Virus record (IMG/VR): IMGVR_UViG_3300029339_000293 | Direction: 5' to 3' (one strand) | DNA from: a virus | Length of the DNA stretch: 64,000 bases | Part shown: one piece after another, positions 56,555 to 64,000 of the stretch | How positions within the stretch are numbered: the stretch's first letter is position 1 | Layout: the number at the start of each line of letters is the position of its first letter | Notes under the pieces: model-generated | Told to the model about the DNA's origin: nothing | What the model saw: only the letters and a program-made list of their open reading frames with translations | Databases searched by the model: none | Position numbers and translations under genes: made by a program

Positions 56555-56690
56555 ACAAAATGCCGAATTTTTCCCCAACCGCGATTATTTTTTCATTTTT
56601 TTTATATTTTTTTCTATTCACATCCACGCCACCACAAAAAAGTCAAAACCATTTCTGATTTTGGCCCGCTGCCGGCAGTATGCTATTGAT
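56555..56690. repeat. Promoter/upstream region of hsdM, about 85% identical to 59765-59895 (upstream region of gene 59398..59679)
   Basis: CAAAATGCCGAATTTTTCCCCAACCGCGATTATTTTTTCATTTTTTTTATATTTTTTTCT... versus CAAAATGCTGAATTTTTCCCGAACAGCGATTATTTTTTTCAATTTTTTTTATATTTTTTTGT... Confidence 0.55.
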
Positions 56691-58065
56691 TTTTCGCCTT
56701 TCTTTCTATTTTCCTTTCATACTTTTTTACCGCCTGTTCTCCCGCTTCCTTTACCTGTTCTTTCACATATTTCAGAGTTTCTTCTGAACAACATTCATTC
56801 CACATTTTTAAGCACTGAGGCACGATAAAAGTATATTTTCCTCTTGTTTTTCTGTATCTGATTTCTATTGTCACATGCTCGCCATTAATGTCTGCAGAAT
56901 AAATAATACAGGAGCCTTTTTTAATACGTCCAATATAAGACGACACACAATTATGCTGCCGTTTCTGCTCTTGACATAACGCCCCAGGCGCGTCCAGCAA
57001 AATAAACTCTTTTGGCAATTTCAGATATTTTAACGGTGTTTCCGGAATCTTTATTTTTCCCCTGTGTTTTTTCTTCAATAGCCGCTCCGCATATTCATCA
57101 TGCAGCTTCCGTATCTTTTTCTTTCCTGCTTTTATATCTATTTTTTCTTTTAATTCCATGGCCATTTCTACATAATCATCGATAAAAAAATCAAACTCAT
57201 GAAGAACCTCTTCAGTTACTTTTTGCTTTAATATACTTTTTATATAATTTTCCCCAATTTCTTTACATCTTCGTTTTGACGGTATAAAATCCTGTACTTT
57301 ATCAACCCGATATTCTTTTTCAAACATCAATCCAGCCTGTTCCGGCTTAATATATTTCGCCGCGCATCCAATGGCATATAGTTCATAACAGTTCATTTTG
57401 TTTGCTGTCTTTGGAAAATCAACATCATGGAATACGCTCTTGAAATAGTCAAGCTTATTGAATTTCTTATCCAAATCAGTCAGCCTCATTGTAGCCAAAA
57501 AAGTATCGGTCATAAAATCTTTGTACAACAGGCTATTTCCTGCAAGCTCCTCAAACAATGCTTTTTGAATATCACCTGGCAATCTTTGTATTACATTTTT
57601 AACGGTTGTTGGGTAATATTTGCGGTCAAAATTTGGTCTTGCCGTCATTACTGCTCCATCCGGATAGATGAGAATCGTAATATCCTTACTGCCATAACAT
57701 TTTATCGTATATTCGTCTTTGCTCAAGCTTAAAGAAAGATGTACACTATCAATATCTTTATATGTTTTTATCGCAAGGTAATTTCCCCAAAAAGTTAGAG
57801 TAATCATTTTGGAGGGTCTTATTCCAACAGAAATTGAATGTGATTGTTTACGATTTGATGGAATATGCGAATTAGCGAAATTTAAATACTTTTCAATCAA
57901 ATCAAAATCTTCTATAAAGCATGATGTCAACTCGTTTTCAGCCTCATTCCATACAATCCATCCTGGCTTTTTGGATTTACATATATTTTTCATCTTTTGA
58001 AACATTAATTTATGTATTGGTACATTGGTTTCATCCCGTACCTGGTCTTCAGTTCTGTATGTCAT
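56683..58065 (-). CDS. Hypothetical 460-aa protein; N-terminal 12 aa identical or similar to HsdM; C-terminal Cys-containing region (possibly PcfJ-like, very tentative)
   Basis: MTYRTEDQVRDE start; C-terminal QHNCVSSYIGRIKKGSCIIYSADINGEHVTIEIRY...CLKMWNECCS; RBS AAGAGGAAAAG. Confidence 0.5.
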   Translation of the reverse strand: MTYRTEDQVRDETNVPIHKLMFQKMKNICKSKKPGWIVWNEAENELTSCFIEDFDLIEKYLNFANSHIPSNRKQSHSISVGIRPSKMITLTFWGNYLAIKTYKDIDSVHLSLSLSKDEYTIKCYGSKDITILIYPDGAVMTARPNFDRKYYPTTVKNVIQRLPGDIQKALFEELAGNSLLYKDFMTDTFLATMRLTDLDKKFNKLDYFKSVFHDVDFPKTANKMNCYELYAIGCAAKYIKPEQAGLMFEKEYRVDKVQDFIPSKRRCKEIGENYIKSILKQKVTEEVLHEFDFFIDDYVEMAMELKEKIDIKAGKKKIRKLHDEYAERLLKKKHRGKIKIPETPLKYLKLPKEFILLDAPGALCQEQKRQHNCVSSYIGRIKKGSCIIYSADINGEHVTIEIRYRKTRGKYTFIVPQCLKMWNECCSEETLKYVKEQVKEAGEQAVKKYERKIERKAKNQ

Positions 58066-58257
58066 TTTTCTTTTCCTCTTTTCAGCTTATTTTTCTACAG
58101 TTAATATGCTGAATTTTTTGGAAAAAGCTAATGGTTCTTTATTCTTTTTTTCTGCCCTTTTTACTTCTTTACTTTACATATTACAAAAAAAATAAGCCAG
58201 GGTGTTTTCCCTGACTTAATTGCATTACATTATTTTATTAATATTTTTTATACCTTT

Positions 58258-58914
58258 TTACTCTTTTTTACCATCATTTTTTATAAATTTCTCTCTCACT
58301 GCCTTCTTCAACGGCAAAAAGATATTTCTATGTTCTCTTGACTGGATGAACCCGTTTTTCTCGTAGAATTTATACAGTTTTTCTTCCTCTATCTTTCTCT
58401 CTTCTTCCGTTGCCGCATAGTTTAATGCTTCTCTTGTCCCCTGTATACCATCGCACTGCAGCTGCTTTGCAAGTGATTTAATGATATTCATGGATTCCGT
58501 ACCGATGCCCTGACCCTGCAGATTTTTGCTCGTTACATAATGATTATCTATATGCAGGACTCTTCCAACGGTAAATCTTTCTTTGAAGCACCATCCTAGA
58601 TATGCTTTATATACAGGTGTATCAAAACTCAAACTTGAATATGCATATATATTATAGTTGTACCGATATTGCGGCTCTTCTTCCAACTTACTTTCCAGAA
58701 AATATGCGATATATTGGTCGTCCTTATGTTTCTTGATTCCGTATAACTGCCAGCCGTTTTTCTCAACTTTCTCATCAATAAAATCAAGAAATCTCTGATA
58801 TTCCGACAAACTTCGTTCTGCGATTTTTAACTTATCGCCAATTTTACAATTCAGTTCCATTTGTTTCTCAAGCACATCTTCCAGCCTTTTAGATTTTTTG
58901 AAAATACCCGCCAT
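58258..58914 (-). CDS. GNAT-family N-acetyltransferase
   Basis: Acetyl-CoA binding motif A VTSKNLQGQGIGTESMNIIKSLAKQ (Q/R-x-x-G-x-G/A); RBS AAGGAGAT; start overlapped by the end of the upstream gene. Confidence 0.7.
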   Translation of the reverse strand: MAGIFKKSKRLEDVLEKQMELNCKIGDKLKIAERSLSEYQRFLDFIDEKVEKNGWQLYGIKKHKDDQYIAYFLESKLEEEPQYRYNYNIYAYSSLSFDTPVYKAYLGWCFKERFTVGRVLHIDNHYVTSKNLQGQGIGTESMNIIKSLAKQLQCDGIQGTREALNYAATEEERKIEEEKLYKFYEKNGFIQSREHRNIFLPLKKAVREKFIKNDGKKE

Positions 58915-59248
58915 CGTAATTTAATCTCCTTCCTTTGCTGTCCGTTAAACAAAATTCCAAATAAGAATCTTTGTAAAACATTTTAATACTCTCAGCGCGG
59001 GAATTCAATCCAAGACTCATCGCCTGCAGAATGTCATTTCTGGCCTGTTGTCCAAGCAGCTCCATTTCCATCCTGTACTCATTGGCCTTATCGGACCCAT
59101 CCCAAACAGCGCAATTTGCTCTGTATGCGGCAATATATACTGATTTTGTCCGACCCTGAAAAGGTATGTCGTAAATATGGATTTTGTGGTTCAGTAAATC
59201 ATCAACATACTCTTCGCTTTTGAAATACTCCATCTGTTCGTCTGCCAT
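58889..59248 (-). CDS. Hypothetical protein (119 aa) overlapping the start of the GNAT gene (possible cognate partner)
   Basis: RBS AAAGGAGAGAG; 26-nt overlap with the GNAT ORF. Confidence 0.45.
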   Translation of the reverse strand: MADEQMEYFKSEEYVDDLLNHKIHIYDIPFQGRTKSVYIAAYRANCAVWDGSDKANEYRMEMELLGQQARNDILQAMSLGLNSRAESIKMFYKDSYLEFCLTDSKGRRLNYDGGYFQKI

Positions 59249-59397
59249 TTTTTCTCTCTCCTTTTAGTAGTATTTTTTCGTTTTTCTTATATATTTAATA
59301 TGCTTAATTTTTCTGGCAAGAATACGATTTACAATAATTTTTTGCAACAAAAAAAGCGCCATCCTTCAGGACAGCACTTTCATTTATTGCATTTTTA

Positions 59398-59679
59398 TTA
59401 TTTTTTCTCCAACGGGTTCTCTTCCAAAACCTCATATTCATTCGCCGCCAGGCATTCTTCCAGGCTTTCTTTAATAAAATACTGAATAACACCCTCAGTC
59501 TTCACATCATCCGCAAAACAATCTGCCGGAATCCATTTGTCTTCACCCCAGCCGCAAACCAGCTCTAGCTGAAAATGCAGCGAATCATATCCATCATATC
59601 CTTCATAATATTTGACTTCATACACCAAACTTTCAGTATTTTTTACATATATTTTCTTTTCTCCAAGACATACCCTCAT
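59398..59679 (-). CDS. Small hypothetical protein (93 aa)
   Basis: Start MRVCLGEKK with RBS GGAGGACGTGTCG. Confidence 0.4.
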   Translation of the reverse strand: MRVCLGEKKIYVKNTESLVYEVKYYEGYDGYDSLHFQLELVCGWGEDKWIPADCFADDVKTEGVIQYFIKESLEECLAANEYEVLEENPLEKK

Positions 59680-59854
59680 CGACACGTCCTCCAAACATAT
59701 TTTTTACATATTATAATTTTAACAATTTTCTATCAGAAAATCAACTATCACCAAAGGGTATTATTCAAAATGCTGAATTTTTCCCGAACAGCGATTATTT
59801 TTTTCAATTTTTTTTATATTTTTTTGTCTACATCTCATGCCGCAGCCACAAAAA

Positions 59855-59890
59855 AAGAGCCAAAACCATTTCGGTTTTGGCTCTTTATCA
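59855..59890 (-). terminator. Terminator of gene 59908..60417
   Basis: GAGCCAAAACCATTTCGGTTTTGGCTC hairpin followed by a T-run on the minus strand. Confidence 0.55.
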
Positions 59891-59907
59891 ACAGAATAAG
59901 CAAACTA

Positions 59908-60417
59908 TTAATCAAGTGTGAGCGTGATAAAAAAATCAGACTTTTTATCGTGCATCTCAACTTCATTAAATCCGAATGTACATGCTGCAACTTCCTCGTT
60001 CCAGTTGAACATGCTTTTCACGATATCGCCTTTTTCGTCTTTGGTGCTATACAAAATTCTGACATAGCAGTATTTTGGAACACCGTTAACGTACTTGAAG
60101 TTCACGACGATTCTGGTATCCTGTTCTACTTCTCCCTCTCCCAATTTCTTTGTGTTTAGAAGAACGAGTTTAGCGATTTCTCCGCCCTCAACAAAATAAA
60201 ACGACCCCCAGATTTCGATGTCATTTTCTACAACAAAATCTTCAAACCTGTCAACTAGAGTATTACCATAGTAATACTCTGTTCTTGATTTAATTGTATT
60301 CGACTCGTTGATTTTGCACAGCAAATCAATAATCTGCATCTGACTGGTATTCAGGTCCTCAGTCTGAAGCATTTCTCCAATCATTTCTCCAAGTGTCTTT
60401 TTAGTCATTTCTTCCAT
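59908..60417 (-). CDS. Hypothetical protein (169 aa)
   Basis: Start MEEMTKKTLGEM with RBS AAAGGGAGAAAAAC. Confidence 0.45.
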   Translation of the reverse strand: MEEMTKKTLGEMIGEMLQTEDLNTSQMQIIDLLCKINESNTIKSRTEYYYGNTLVDRFEDFVVENDIEIWGSFYFVEGGEIAKLVLLNTKKLGEGEVEQDTRIVVNFKYVNGVPKYCYVRILYSTKDEKGDIVKSMFNWNEEVAACTFGFNEVEMHDKKSDFFITLTLD

Positions 60418-60522
60418 GTTTTTCTCCCTTTCTTGTTTGTTTGTTATTTTTTTTGCAAACATAATATGCTTAATTTTTCCCAACAAAAAAAGCGGCCTTC
60501 TGCCGCCATGCTGCCTCAAATT

Positions 60523-60774
60523 CTAGTTGTTGTCTTTTACTCCATATTTCTCGAAAATCTTTTCATATTTTCCAACATTTTTCTCATCATCGTAAATCGT
60601 TAGATTCATCACATGAGAGATATCCAGGCTTAAGATTCCGAGGATTGATTTTGCGTCCACAACATATCGTCTGTCAGGATTACTCAGGTCAGCGTTAACA
60701 TCAACCTTGCTGACATCCTGTACAAAATCTTTAACTTTACTGATAGTTTCAATTTTAATTTTTCTTGTAATCAT
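60523..60774 (-). CDS. HPr-like (PTS phosphocarrier fold) small protein lacking the canonical His15
   Basis: VVDAKSILGILSLDISHVMNLTIYDDEKNV parallels the HPr block [29 protein letters not shown]. The residues at the His15 position are ISKVKDFV; RBS AAAGGAGAGAG. Confidence 0.3.
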   Translation of the reverse strand: MITRKIKIETISKVKDFVQDVSKVDVNADLSNPDRRYVVDAKSILGILSLDISHVMNLTIYDDEKNVGKYEKIFEKYGVKDNN

Positions 60775-60859
60775 TTTTCTCTCTCCTTTTTTATCTTCCG
60801 GCGCTGCCGGGTGCTTTTCTTCGATTACAAGAATAATATGCAGATTTTTTTATTTTTTG

Positions 60860-60990
60860 ATAACTCAGGCTTACGCCTTCGTTACCAGACTTCGAACGTG
60901 GATTCAGACCAATATGCGAAGTTAAACCAGGAATATTTGACCAACGGACGACTTTGTCGGCCGGGGATTCCCATTCTTCGTTGAAATATT
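60860..60990. repeat. GC-rich non-coding element, copy B (about 85% identical to copy C at 62875-63010)
   Basis: CTTCGTTACCAGACTTCGAACGTGGATTCAGACC...GCGAAGTTAAACCAGGAATATTTGACCAACGGACGACTTTGTCGGCCGGGGATTCCCATTCTTCGTTGAAAT. Confidence 0.6.
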
Positions 60991-61042
60991 TTTATTTGTA
61001 AATTTTTAACTATTTTATATTATATATTTTGTGCATATTGCA

Positions 61043-61068
61043 AAAAATCTCAGGCTTTTGCCTGAGAT
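61043..61068 (-). terminator. Terminator of gene 61079..61402
   Basis: TCTCAGGCTTTTGCCTGAGA hairpin followed by a T-run on the minus strand. Confidence 0.55.
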
Positions 61069-61078
61069 TCCAGTATGG

Positions 61079-61402
61079 TCAGCATACTTCCAGAATGTTA
61101 AATATCATATCTGACAGCTGCTCTTCAATTCCAAACCCTTTATAACCGTCAAGTATATACGGCTCACAGCTTTCATCCGCATCAACCGCAATCAGGACTC
61201 CAACGATAGAATAATCAACTTCGCAGATTGCGATTTCGTATCCTGCTTTCAGCGTCAGGTCAGAATTGAACATTTCATTGTATTTTTTTGCAAATCCTGG
61301 TGTGTTTATATTCAGCTGGGACAAGAACATATATAAGCTGTTGTAATACATTATTTTTTCCATCGGTTCCAGGTCCGAAAAATTACAGTAATCTTTTTCC
61401 AT
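61079..61402 (-). CDS. Hypothetical protein (107 aa)
   Basis: RBS AAGAGAGG. Confidence 0.4.
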   Translation of the reverse strand: MEKDYCNFSDLEPMEKIMYYNSLYMFLSQLNINTPGFAKKYNEMFNSDLTLKAGYEIAICEVDYSIVGVLIAVDADESCEPYILDGYKGFGIEEQLSDMIFNILEVC

Positions 61403-61486
61403 AAGTAATACCTCTCTTTGTGTATTTTAACATTAATGTGCAGAAAATACCATTAAAATGAAAAATGCGGCAAAAAAAAGAAAGCG

Positions 61487-61912
61487 CTAAGCGCTTTCTT
61501 CAAATTGTTTTAACCAATCGGCAAATTCCTGTTTTTTCTGAGACAGTGTTTCCATCCAGTACTCATCCGGATAATCCATATTTGTTTCATGAAAGAAGAA
61601 GTACCAATCATCTCCGGAAAATTTGTATTTTTCGTAATAATTTATCGGGATGAATTTGCGTTCGTTGTAATTATAAGCATAGTTCTCATACGCAATCATA
61701 TTGACAACAGCATTGAATTCTTCTTCTGTCCTGCAGTGATATGCGCCGCCCGTATTTTTAACACCAAAATTTCTGACAGTATCTGACCATTTTAGTAATC
61801 CGTCATGCACCTCGGCTTCACTTTTACTTAAGAACACTTTTCCATCAGAAGTTGTATACTGCTTATATGAGATTTCTTCGCATCTTACTCTGCTTTCTTC
61901 TTTAACAGCCAT
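61487..61912 (-). CDS. Hypothetical protein (141 aa)
   Basis: RBS GAAGGAGAAAAAAG. Confidence 0.45.
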   Translation of the reverse strand: MAVKEESRVRCEEISYKQYTTSDGKVFLSKSEAEVHDGLLKWSDTVRNFGVKNTGGAYHCRTEEEFNAVVNMIAYENYAYNYNERKFIPINYYEKYKFSGDDWYFFFHETNMDYPDEYWMETLSQKKQEFADWLKQFEESA

Positions 61913-61927
61913 CTTTTTTCTCCTTCC

Positions 61928-62809
61928 TCAGTTAATCTGAATAAACTGTTCATACAGTAGGATATCTTTACCGCCAGGAATCATCATGTTTCCGTGATAA
62001 TGCCCAAAGAACCACTTTTTGTAATCCACTTTCTTTTTCACCTCTTCAAGATAAGAACTCAGGGCATCAGGGCTGCTGTCTCCAACAATCATTGCCTTGT
62101 CAGACACCGGGCATTCGTGGCTGAAGATAAAATCTACTTTATATTTTTCATCTTCAAGCATCGCCCAGCCGCGTTCCATCTCCATCTGTTCAGGCATTTC
62201 CTGCTCCCACCAGCTGATATGGTTTATACGATATGCACGTCCCTGGTACTGCCAGCGTATTGCCTCATTTTCTGCATCCTTTTTTGTATTAAAGTCTGCA
62301 GGCTGAAGGATGCCTCCGGAAATATCATGGCTTCTTGCCCCGCCGAATGCAAAGCATTTACAGCCGTCAATATTAAAGACATAACCACGTTCCAGCATCA
62401 GGACAGACGGTCTGAGTTCACGGACAACGCCTCCGTTCCAGGCTTTCTGAGGATAACCTGTTTTTATTTTTTCTTTTTCTTCTTCACTTACACCTTTAAA
62501 AATCCAGGTATCAAGAAGCTTTTCGTCAGTAATTCCTGTCAGGCGGTCGTAATTCTCGTGATTTCCCGGCACGAAAAGTGTCGTAAAATTCCGTGAATCC
62601 AGCCAGTCAAGGTCATGCTTTTCTTTCTTACTCTCACCGCGATAATCCCAGACTCCACCGAAATCACCAAGGATTACTACATAATCGTCTTTTGTCATAA
62701 ACTTCTGTTCTGGAAAAGACTCCATATTAAGACGGTTTACAAACCCATCAACACCAAACGGGCTAAATTTATCAGCACCATGAGTATCTCCTGTTACATA
62801 AATTGCCAT
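61928..62809 (-). CDS. Calcineurin-like metallophosphoesterase (PPP/lambda-phosphatase-like or SbcD-like)
   Basis: Motifs GDTHG, VVILGDFGGVWDY (GDxxDRG-like), GNHE and GHYHG; RBS AAAGGAAGAAAAAAT. Confidence 0.7.
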   Translation of the reverse strand: MAIYVTGDTHGADKFSPFGVDGFVNRLNMESFPEQKFMTKDDYVVILGDFGGVWDYRGESKKEKHDLDWLDSRNFTTLFVPGNHENYDRLTGITDEKLLDTWIFKGVSEEEKEKIKTGYPQKAWNGGVVRELRPSVLMLERGYVFNIDGCKCFAFGGARSHDISGGILQPADFNTKKDAENEAIRWQYQGRAYRINHISWWEQEMPEQMEMERGWAMLEDEKYKVDFIFSHECPVSDKAMIVGDSSPDALSSYLEEVKKKVDYKKWFFGHYHGNMMIPGGKDILLYEQFIQIN

Positions 62810-62874
62810 ATTTTTTCTTCCTTTCTTTTTATATTATACATCCAGTATGCTGAATTTTCCCGGCTGTGAAATGG

Positions 62875-63010
62875 TTTTTGATAGCTCGCGCTTCGCGCTC
62901 GTTACCAGACTTCGAATGGGGATTCAGACCCGCGTGCGAAGTCAAAACCAGAACATTTGACCTGCGGACGACTTTTTTGTCGGCCTGGGATTCCCCGTTC
63001 TTCGTTGGAA
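62875..63010. repeat. GC-rich non-coding element, copy C
   Basis: GCTCGTTACCAGACTTCGAATGGGGATTCAGACCCGCGTGCGAAGTCAAAACCAGAACATTTGACCTGCGGACGACTTTTTTGTCGGCCTGGGATTCCCCGTTCTTCGTTGGAAT. Confidence 0.6.
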
Positions 63011-63070
63011 TTTTTTTTGTTTTTTTTTGCAGGCATTCTCTTTTCAGCTTAGTTTCCTGGCATACACAAA

Positions 63071-63096
63071 AGCAGGCGCTGATATTAGCGCCTGCT
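63071..63096. terminator. Hairpin AGCAGGCGCTGATATTAGCGCCTGCT with a T7 run on the plus strand and an A-rich flank on the other side (bidirectional, or a plus-strand terminator)
   Basis: Sits between repeat copy C and the ATPase gene. Confidence 0.45.
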
Positions 63097-63119
63097 ACCA
63101 TTTTTTTAGTTTCCAAAAC

Positions 63120-63863
63120 TCAGCGTTCTTTCTTCCAAGTTTTGTCTAGGGAATCTCTCGGGCTGCCGGCATTCTCTTCGTCATCTTTTTCAGCATCCTT
63201 TTCTTCTTTTTCTTTTTTCGCTCTTTTTTCAGCTGCTTCTATTCTTGCATCTTTATATTCCCTGGACTTCAAAACAAGGTTTCTGTATCTCTCATAAGAT
63301 TTAACACCAACATATCTGCATCCCACAACATCAAAACACTTTTCTCCGCGCGCCATTTCATATTCATTTGCTGTAACAAGGATATAAATATCCTTATCCG
63401 GATATGTAGAAAAAATCGTATCAAACAATCCACGCTTCAGGTCTTCAATCGCGTCAATGCTGAAACCGCTGTCAATGCCATCAAGAAAAATCCAGAACTC
63501 TTTCTCATTCTGATACTTATGCATCATATTTCCAATCTTTCTGGCTACCATCTCCATATCGATTGCGATTCTCTCGCCTTCACTTGAACACATCTGCTGT
63601 GCAACTCGTGAAAAGTCTTCATGAAATGCAGAAACCTGCATTGAATTATGCCCTCCGTCTGCAAAATTATCAAAGTGTACAACGCATGGGTTTTTCAAAT
63701 CTTTTTCCACCTGCAGACGAACCTGACGCATTAATGTAGTCTTTCCGCATCCATTGCATCCAATCAGTACGGTAAGACCAGGTTCAAACTCCACATGTTT
63801 CTTCTGGTATAAAAATTCTCCTTCTTTATGATAATCTCTAATAATTTTAAATTTCCTGCTCAA
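63120..63863 (-). CDS. Minimal ABC-type (RecF/SMC-head-like) ATPase with no coiled-coil insertion
   Basis: Walker A LTVLIGCNGCGKTTLMRQV, signature-like SSEGERIA, Walker B IFLDGIDSGFS; probable TTG start with RBS AGGAGGAAGAAA. Confidence 0.55.
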   Translation of the reverse strand: MSRKFKIIRDYHKEGEFLYQKKHVEFEPGLTVLIGCNGCGKTTLMRQVRLQVEKDLKNPCVVHFDNFADGGHNSMQVSAFHEDFSRVAQQMCSSEGERIAIDMEMVARKIGNMMHKYQNEKEFWIFLDGIDSGFSIDAIEDLKRGLFDTIFSTYPDKDIYILVTANEYEMARGEKCFDVVGCRYVGVKSYERYRNLVLKSREYKDARIEAAEKRAKKEKEEKDAEKDDEENAGSPRDSLDKTWKKER

Positions 63864-64000
63864 TTTCTTCCTCCTTCAGTCTGGCGGATTCCTTTTGCTT
63901 TTGAAACCCTATCCGACTAAAAAAACAATATTCCTTGTTTCGCAGTCGGGTTGGTAGGGATGCTCGGTTTTACATTCTTCCTGATTCATCTCCTTTTCTT

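Noticed and set aside
62829-63116. ORF 62829..63116 (minus, 95 aa) and the overlapping plus-strand ORF 62866..63297
   Set aside because: Both span repeat copy C and a terminator. The translations are low-complexity with no RBS. The region is better treated as a non-coding repeat.
48869-63900. Integron-like cassette array with attC sites in the accessory island
   Set aside because: No integrase gene and no RYYYAAC...GTTRRRY-bounded imperfect palindromes. Cassettes carry their own promoters, and the repeats present are better explained by IS-derived elements and homologous promoter regions.
1-64000. CRISPR arrays, rRNA and tRNA genes
   Set aside because: No short direct-repeat/spacer periodicity, no rRNA-like segments, and no convincing cloverleaf with a GTTCRANYC T-loop were found by eye. 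A tRNAscan run could still reveal a tRNA I missed in the GC-rich intervals.
63900-64000. Possible 26-aa minus-strand ORF with RBS AAGGAGATG at the window edge
   Set aside because: Too short and truncated by the window end to support.

Overview
This window is AT-rich (about 35% GC by eye) and gene-dense, with most genes on the minus strand. Strong AGGAGG-type ribosome-binding sites suggest a Firmicutes-like host. There are no rRNA genes, clear tRNA genes or CRISPR arrays. Most transcription units have a conserved promoter-like motif upstream of the start codon in a fixed orientation (start-codon-to-motif distance, checked on a subset, is about 38-58 nt), plus a hairpin/T-run terminator. Within the window, this gene-by-gene promoter/terminator architecture is what one sees on large phages, phage-plasmids or plasmids; that attribution is inference.

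Content I can support:
- A DNA metabolism set: GyrB/ParE-type topoisomerase II subunit B, NAD-dependent DNA ligase LigA, a UvrD/PcrA helicase with an N-terminal Cas4/AddB-like Fe-S nuclease domain, a RuvC/YqgF-like resolvase, and a uracil-DNA-glycosylase superfamily protein.
- Three IS200/IS605-family elements: two TnpB-only copies (one inserted into a host gene) and one tnpA+tnpB IS605, each with GC-rich structured regions downstream of tnpB that fit ωRNA/right-end positions.
- Expanded paralog families: five BspA-type leucine-rich-repeat (LRR) proteins with conserved N- and C-terminal modules; six DUF3592-like small two-TM proteins (five in a tandem array with near-identical segments, indicating recent duplication or gene conversion); a three-member family ending in a KEYAK motif; and several tandem pairs.
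- A membrane-stress pair (PspA/IM30 plus a Gly-rich TPM-like membrane protein sharing a C-terminal LLxKYKxG motif) and an SPFH/band-7 operon.
- A 15-kb cassette-like accessory island (48.9-63.9 kb): Fic, an NYN RNase, a PTH2-type peptidyl-tRNA hydrolase, type I RM HsdM+HsdS with no HsdR in the window, a GNAT acetyltransferase with an upstream partner, a metallophosphoesterase, a minimal ABC-type ATPase, and many unknowns. It shows promoter and 5'-coding mosaicism between cassettes.

Candidate novelties are listed in findings: a type I toxin-antitoxin-like locus, a family of GC-rich repeat elements sharing a CGTTACCAGA core with the IS left ends, and a long GC-rich leader on an ASCH-domain gene. 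All functional calls come from motif-level reading of the translations. No database search was possible.
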